Assembly: GCA_964537975.1 (NCBI GenBank)
Contig: CAZIDP010000053.1
Span: 1 to 33,063, forward strand
Direction of reading: 5' to 3'
Source: an uncultured Nitrospirales bacterium
GTDB lineage: Bacteria > Hydrogenedentota > Hydrogenedentia > Hydrogenedentales > SCBR16-9
Length of the DNA: 33,063 nt
In this document: piece after piece, positions 27,721-33,063 of the stretch
Position numbering within the stretch: position 1 is the first letter of the stretch
Layout of the letters: each line of letters begins with the position of its first letter
Translations under genes and position numbers: made by a program
Notes under the pieces: model-generated
Database searches by the model: none
What the model saw: the letters and a program-made list of their open reading frames with translations, nothing else
Told to the model about the DNA's origin: nothing

Positions 27721-27807
27721 GCTATTGTATGTCAATTTAATTAATCTGAAGATTTACTTGCGACTTTATAGCAAGTCTATATTGACCCATTAGGGTCATT
27801 CCCCTGC

Positions 27808-29409
27808 TTAGTCAACTTTCGGATTTTTGTCTTTGTCGGCTTGCTTAGCCCCTGCTGCATCAGGTTTTTCTCCTGCCGCGGCCTGGTCTTCTATGAGCTT
27901 TGCGATGAACTCAGGTACTTGAACACCTCCGATGTCCTTCATGGTGTGTAACATGGGTGGTAACACATTGGCCATTCCACTTAAAAAGTTGGCGGTGCTG
28001 TTTTTCCCATTGCCATTACCACTGCCATTGGAACCGTTTTCCCAGACCACGATTTTATCAAACTTGATATTCGATATGGCTCGGGATGATTCTTCGGCCA
28101 ATTTGTCCAGATGTTCAAGAATGAGCAATTGAAATGCTTCATTGGCGCCACCACTGGCTTCGACGATCATCCGCATACCTTCGGCTTTTTGCCGTAACAT
28201 CTCGAATTGCCCGCGGGCTTCTGCTTCCATTTTAGCAAAGATAGCCTTTGCCTCACCTTGTGCTTCAATATTGAGTTTTTCCGCCTCGGCTTCTGAGTCC
28301 ACAATGGTTTGTGCCTTGCGTGCCTTGGCTGGCGCTTCCAGTTCTGCACGACGTTCCGCTTCTATACGCTCGGCATCGGCCAGTGCGGCCTTGGCCATGG
28401 CCAGGTTTTTGGCTTCCATAACCGCTGCTTTGGCTTGTTCAGACCGGGTTTGGGCTGCCTGATATGCGTCCGCTTCCCGTATCTTCAAACTGGCCTCAGA
28501 GTCAGCAATCTTGGCCTTGGACATGTTTTCACCTTCAATTGCCACCGCGTTGGCATTGGCTACACTGATACGCATCTCACGTTCTGACTCTTTAACCTGG
28601 GTTTCGGACTCATACACAGCCCGTTGTTCACCTACGCGCTGTTGGCGGTCCAATTCGGCTATTCTAACGGCCTGCTCTTGTTCAGCTGCCTTGATCCCTA
28701 TGGACTGGTTCTTGTTAGCTTCAGCGACGGCGACTTCTTTTTCACGCACGTTTTCAGCAACGCGCATCTCGCCATATTTCTCTTGTTCAGCAACATCGGC
28801 CCGCGCTTGTTCGACGGCCTCTGCGGCTGCCCTGCGACCGATAGCGTCGATGTAACCAGAGTTGTCTGTGATGTCTGTGATATTCACATTTAACAGCACA
28901 AGTCCAATCTTTCGCAATTCTGGTTCAAGCGATTGCTGAATTTTTGATAGGAAGTTATCACGGTCACGGTTAATCTCTTCAATGCGCATTGAAGCTATCA
29001 CTTGACGAAGCTGTCCAAAAATAATATCTTCGGCGTTCTTTTTGATTTGCTGTTGTGACAACCCCAGCAAACGCACTGCAGCATTGTTCATTACTACCGG
29101 GTCTGTTCCAATACCAACACTGAATACACTGGGTACATTGACACGGATATTCTCCATGGACAAGGCATCACGCAATGGTACTTCAATCTGAATTGGTTCG
29201 AGACTGAGATAAGCATAATCCTGTATCAGCGGTATAATAAATGCAGCACCACCATGAATACAGCGGGCGTTATTACCAGTACCAACACGACCATATATTA
29301 CCATTATAGAATTACTGGGACATCGCTTGTAGCGGGTGGCCAGCATGATCATAAATGTAGTCAACAGCACGGCAAAAAGTGCTGCACCAATACCTATCCA
29401 GATCATCAT
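27808..29409 (-). CDS. flotillin-family SPFH (band 7) domain protein
   Basis: N-terminal TM anchor, SPFH domain, long Ala/Glu/Lys-rich coiled coil (the flotillin EA-repeat region) and a Gly/Asn-rich tail. The start overlaps the NfeD gene stop. Confidence 0.9.
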   Translation of the reverse strand: MMIWIGIGAALFAVLLTTFMIMLATRYKRCPSNSIMVIYGRVGTGNNARCIHGGAAFIIPLIQDYAYLSLEPIQIEVPLRDALSMENIRVNVPSVFSVGIGTDPVVMNNAAVRLLGLSQQQIKKNAEDIIFGQLRQVIASMRIEEINRDRDNFLSKIQQSLEPELRKIGLVLLNVNITDITDNSGYIDAIGRRAAAEAVEQARADVAEQEKYGEMRVAENVREKEVAVAEANKNQSIGIKAAEQEQAVRIAELDRQQRVGEQRAVYESETQVKESEREMRISVANANAVAIEGENMSKAKIADSEASLKIREADAYQAAQTRSEQAKAAVMEAKNLAMAKAALADAERIEAERRAELEAPAKARKAQTIVDSEAEAEKLNIEAQGEAKAIFAKMEAEARGQFEMLRQKAEGMRMIVEASGGANEAFQLLILEHLDKLAEESSRAISNIKFDKIVVWENGSNGSGNGNGKNSTANFLSGMANVLPPMLHTMKDIGGVQVPEFIAKLIEDQAAAGEKPDAAGAKQADKDKNPKVD

Positions 29410-29990
29410 AATTCTTCTTCCCTTTCCACTTTACGTAGTGGGTTACCCCGTTTTACTTTAACAGTTTCTTGATCCACGACATCTATTACAACTACAGAAA
29501 CTCCGGTAGCAAGTTCATCCGATTCTCCTGTTACGGCACGGTATTCACGCGTCTGATTCCCAAGTGTAATAAAAATTTTACCAAAGCCTTCTTCATTGGG
29601 TGGAATCGGCACATAGACGGAAGCCGCTTCTCCCATAGCCTGGCCAATGTGTATCGTGCCCTCTGTTCGCAGATTGATTAATAAATGCATACACCATGCG
29701 ACAAAAAACATGGCCACGGCACCGATTATCATGGCAAAGAGCAACGTGGGATAAGCGGAAAGCCCCGCTGCATCACCGATGCGCCCCCCCACTCCGAAAA
29801 AGGTCAGTGCTGCGATAAGTGAACGTACACTGATTACATTGAAAAACCAGGTTGAATCATGTTCAGCAATGTCAGCATCATCAGCAATTTCCAATTCTCC
29901 TTCAGAATCCATTCCCATCAATGTCAAAACTAGTTGAACTATCAGGAAGACACCACCACCGATTGCCAATATGGTGTATACAGTCAACAT
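29406..29990 (-). CDS. NfeD-like (YqiJ/YuaF-type) membrane protein, partner of the flotillin
   Basis: N-terminal TM helices and a C-terminal OB-fold-like domain. GGGGAG RBS. Translationally coupled upstream of the SPFH gene. Confidence 0.8.
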   Translation of the reverse strand: MLTVYTILAIGGGVFLIVQLVLTLMGMDSEGELEIADDADIAEHDSTWFFNVISVRSLIAALTFFGVGGRIGDAAGLSAYPTLLFAMIIGAVAMFFVAWCMHLLINLRTEGTIHIGQAMGEAASVYVPIPPNEEGFGKIFITLGNQTREYRAVTGESDELATGVSVVVIDVVDQETVKVKRGNPLRKVEREEEL

Positions 29991-30347
29991 ACTAGAATCT
30001 CCCCGTTATCGGATGTAACCGTGTTGTGATTTTCCATAACTTAACTTACACAGCATATACCACTATAGTTACAGAAATATTCATTGTATGCAACATATTT
30101 TTTCTGGAACCTTTAGCGGAAGGTTGAAGTAAAAACAGGACTTGATGATATGAAGCTATCAGGTGTAGGTACATAATAAATATGATTAAGAAAGGTTATT
30201 TTTGGGACTGATTGACAAACAGGTAAAAAAGTAAGGCTTCGATAGCTTTTGGCACTTGGCCCAAAGCATGTATCGAAGCCTGAAAATGCAGCAGTTCTTC
30301 AAGAGAACCAATGCTAAGAAATGTATCTGCCTAAAAGCCGATTACAC

Positions 30348-32705
30348 CTACATGCGTCCATCATGAAACTGAACTTCCCAATCAACCAAACCATTGTTAC
30401 GTGGGACAATATTCAGCACAACCAGGTTATCTTCCAACGCAGCATGCATTTCTCCTGGCCCACTGAATGCATCCAGAAATCGCCACGGAGTCGGCAATGA
30501 AATGATAACTCGAGCAGGTACATCCTTAATAGCATGAAACTGCCCCAGCAATTTGCGCTGCTCATGGTCCCAGTATGAACCCCCATGTTCCGCTGACCAA
30601 GGTGGTGTCATATTATCGACAAATTGCAGTGTTGGACGATTATCAAAACGTTTTAATAAAAATAACCTGGCACTTTCACCAGCAACCTCAATGCTCAACT
30701 GCCCTTGGGCGGTACCCTGATACCGCTTTTGATTAAAATCAAACACTGTATAATAACTTGATGGGTCCAGACCAATCGTGCGAAAAGCCACATTGGTATT
30801 TTGGGCTGTTGCACCTCCCGGATGCAACACACCCAGCAAGTGCAGTACATCTGCACCGCGGTATATTGGAGCATGCAGAATTCCAGGTTGATTATCAGCC
30901 GGTATGTTAGGAAGACGAGAAATTTTATTGGTTGGCGGCAAAACAGGCATTATGAATTTAAGTGACTGCTGGGATATATCAGAACTCCAGGGCAATATAA
31001 CCGTACCACCAGACAGCACCATTTCGACAAGTTGTCTTTGGTTTTTACGTGCTGCATCCAGACTGTTCTCTTCTCCCGGTAGTTCCCAGCTTTGGAAGAC
31101 ACCATAGAATAAAACAGGAGTCAGATGCGACAACCGGGATGCATCAGAAGAACGGAGCCTGGCACGTTCTGACACATTGTCGATTTGCATAGCAGATACC
31201 GTGGAATCTACCAGGGCGAAATCGGTATGTAATCCGGTATGCATCGTTGCCGGTGACACCACAAACAGCATTTCAGGTGACAGTGAGGCTCGTAATGATC
31301 GTAGCCCTGCATGTAATTGCTGCATATTGCTTGTTGTGTTATCAACAGGGAAATCCGCATACAATGACGCATTGGCATGTTGAATAACGAGACCTTGAAA
31401 TCCCCATTGGGTCACTGTATACATCATGTGCTGTAAATAGCCAACTGCATCGGGATGCCCCATATCCAATACATACCGGAATGGCGCCACGGTATCCAAA
31501 TATGCATCTTTGACAGGCAGCCAGGCATCGACACTGAGGAATGATTGTGTAATATTGGGGTCTGTTGTGAGAAAGGGGGTGATTTCAAGCAAAGATCGGT
31601 ATCCAAAAGAACGTGCCTGCGCAATAAGACCTAAAATATTATCAGGAAAAACATTGGAATCAGGTATGAAACTGCCTTGTAAAGTTGCTTGATCTACTCC
31701 CCAGATTAATGTGTTGAACGCTTCTGCTGGCTGGCCTGTTTCCGGTCTTTCCAGCCACTGCAGGAATTGATCAGGAAAAGAACTGTCATTAATCTTTGCC
31801 ACATCAATGCGAAAACCGCCTGGAAGAGACTGTGTCGGTTCCCGGATTTCATTGATAACAGAAAATGCTTTGCCAAATCGTTCCAGTCCCAGTAAGACTT
31901 CCTCTTCTGCCACGGCTAAATATAATACTTCCGACTCAATTCGTTCACCTGGTGCAAGGATAACCGGTGGGTCATAGATACAATCTGCGCGGAATGTGTC
32001 AAAAGCATTTCCCTTGGCGGTTGCGCTTCGGTCTATTGTAAATGTTCCCCTGCCGCGGTTTGCGGTTAAAAATCCAGCTACGAAACTACGGCCAGTAGTC
32101 GGATTGTGCAATGCAACACTATCATGACTTCGGATAACTCCTTCAGAAGCTACAAGCGAACCGACATTTTCACCTGACAGAACAACCCTGGTGTTTTCTA
32201 CTTCCGCACCCAATGAGAATACGCCGTCTGATAAATTGCCCATAACTGCCCAAGGGGTTAATTGTTCAATAACAATCGGATTTCGGGTAGTATTGGTGTA
32301 TGCAACTTGAGCCGTAACAAATGGTTTTGTAGGATATGCTCGTATATGCCACTCAAACCCGCGTTGTCCAAACAACATGCCCTGTCCCTGCCCCAGACGA
32401 TCTGCAACTTCCTGGCGCGATGTAAGGCGTCCCGGGATACTAATACGTTGATCCCTTCCTTTACCATCTTTGTATCGTATATGGGCTCCAGAAAATACCA
32501 CTTCCCCAGAAACCAGCACCAAGTCAAGCAACCCGTTTTTGGCAATGCTTATTTCATACATGTCCGTGTTGATACTACGATATTCTTGACTACTGCGTGA
32601 AAATATTTGCGCATTTGCGGGCAAGACTATTACAAAGATCATACAATAAATAATCAGATTATTTAATCTAAAGTACCGATACGTATTGGGGCTCATGCTT
32701 GTCAT
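30348..32705 (-). CDS. large secreted protein (785 aa), putative glycoside-hydrolase-like (TIM-barrel) enzyme; family not recognised
   Basis: Signal peptide MSPNTYRYFRLNNLIIYCMIFVIVLPANAQ (Met-4 may be the start). The central region alternates hydrophobic beta and helical segments as in a (beta/alpha)8 catalytic barrel. I have low confidence in the function. Confidence 0.6.
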   Translation of the reverse strand: MTSMSPNTYRYFRLNNLIIYCMIFVIVLPANAQIFSRSSQEYRSINTDMYEISIAKNGLLDLVLVSGEVVFSGAHIRYKDGKGRDQRISIPGRLTSRQEVADRLGQGQGMLFGQRGFEWHIRAYPTKPFVTAQVAYTNTTRNPIVIEQLTPWAVMGNLSDGVFSLGAEVENTRVVLSGENVGSLVASEGVIRSHDSVALHNPTTGRSFVAGFLTANRGRGTFTIDRSATAKGNAFDTFRADCIYDPPVILAPGERIESEVLYLAVAEEEVLLGLERFGKAFSVINEIREPTQSLPGGFRIDVAKINDSSFPDQFLQWLERPETGQPAEAFNTLIWGVDQATLQGSFIPDSNVFPDNILGLIAQARSFGYRSLLEITPFLTTDPNITQSFLSVDAWLPVKDAYLDTVAPFRYVLDMGHPDAVGYLQHMMYTVTQWGFQGLVIQHANASLYADFPVDNTTSNMQQLHAGLRSLRASLSPEMLFVVSPATMHTGLHTDFALVDSTVSAMQIDNVSERARLRSSDASRLSHLTPVLFYGVFQSWELPGEENSLDAARKNQRQLVEMVLSGGTVILPWSSDISQQSLKFIMPVLPPTNKISRLPNIPADNQPGILHAPIYRGADVLHLLGVLHPGGATAQNTNVAFRTIGLDPSSYYTVFDFNQKRYQGTAQGQLSIEVAGESARLFLLKRFDNRPTLQFVDNMTPPWSAEHGGSYWDHEQRKLLGQFHAIKDVPARVIISLPTPWRFLDAFSGPGEMHAALEDNLVVLNIVPRNNGLVDWEVQFHDGRM

Positions 32706-32948
32706 TAAACAACAATCCTTTTAATACAATAGTCTATTTTTATGATCTCTGTTATCTACAGATTTAAATTAACAAACCCAGGCAATAAATAAATATTCAG
32801 CGATTGGTACTGAAAATGCGGTTGGCACACAATTACTTAACTTTACGATCCTCAAATGGTTGATATGGTTCCATAAAATCGCTGTACGATGCATTTGTAC
32901 GCAATTCATGAATAATTGTACAATCAATAGCCATATCGCCAGCTTATA

Positions 32949-33063
32949 CTAACCTTCCAGACCATGCAGAATCGCATCAAGACACATCGGTGTAGTCGTA
33001 TTTCCATCAACCTTTAACCACTGGATTCGGTGTTCAGCTCGAAACCAGGTAAGCTGACGTTTG
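32949..33063 (-). CDS. C-terminal 37 codons of a gene whose 5' part lies beyond the window (...KRQLTWFRAEHRIQWLKVDGNTTTPMCLDAILHGLEG*)
   Basis: Open minus-strand frame from the window edge to a TAG (reverse complement of 32949-32951). Identity unknown. Confidence 0.35.
   Translation of the reverse strand, partial: KRQLTWFRAEHRIQWLKVDGNTTTPMCLDAILHGLEG

Noticed and set aside
27572-27793. 73 aa plus-strand ORF in the spacer between the nuclease and flotillin genes
   Set aside because: AT-rich, no RBS, and it overlaps the GC-rich hairpin, so it is likely spurious.
23847-27807. Considered calling the whole AT-rich segment an integrated mobile element or genomic island
   Set aside because: No integrase, transposase, tRNA attachment site or flanking direct repeats were found. 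Only the compositional shift supports it, so it is reported as a low-GC segment in the nuclease finding rather than as a mobile_element feature.
28142-28855. Plus-strand ORFs of 92-114 aa (Ala/Ser-rich) inside the flotillin gene
   Set aside because: These are antisense artefacts of the GC- and Ala-codon-rich coiled-coil region of the minus-strand flotillin gene. They have no RBS and low-complexity translations.

Overview
This 33 kb window looks like ordinary chromosomal DNA from a Gram-negative bacterium with roughly 45% GC. Several features point to the Planctomycetes-Verrucomicrobia-Lentisphaerae-like group: a planctomycete-type cytochrome c domain, many secreted FG-GAP/beta-propeller proteins, a System II cytochrome c biogenesis pair (ccsB/ccsA) and sigma70-like promoters. 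I could support about 24 protein-coding genes and no tRNA, rRNA, CRISPR array, integrase or transposase. Reading 5' to 3': (1) a 3'-truncated M28/PA-domain peptidase-like gene with nearly all zinc ligands substituted; (2) a 710 aa polytopic membrane protein; (3) pdxH; (4) a sugar-phosphate isomerase/epimerase TIM-barrel gene coupled to a REC-PAS-GGDEF response regulator, plus a small membrane protein; (5) an AT-rich cassette carrying an excisionase-family HTH protein with an acidic tail; (6) a lipoprotein with an internal tandem domain duplication, immediately upstream of ccsB and ccsA; (7) pdxA coupled to a secreted FG-GAP protein; (8) a PL11 rhamnogalacturonan-lyase-like beta-propeller; (9) a 973 aa discoidin + TolB-like propeller + di-heme (CxxCH x2) cytochrome c protein; (10) an SGNH/GDSL-like hydrolase; (11) ferrochelatase hemH; (12) an AT-rich segment (about 23.85-27.8 kb) holding a 140 aa protein with a near-consensus promoter and SD, a 1 kb stretch with no ORF, a membrane protein, and a low-GC NucS-like PD-(D/E)xK nuclease with a DUF4268-like tail; (13) a flotillin/NfeD operon; (14) a 785 aa secreted hydrolase-like protein. 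I did not recognise any canonical defence system or mobile element. The candidates that stand out are the orphan nuclease inside the AT-rich segment, the duplicated-domain lipoprotein apparently co-operonic with ccsBA, the discoidin-propeller-cytochrome fusion, and dense palindromic or repeated motifs in two intergenic regions (a 22-bp perfect palindrome and an exact 17-mer shared 19.5 kb apart). Protein identifications rest on motifs I recognised in hand translations, not on database searches.
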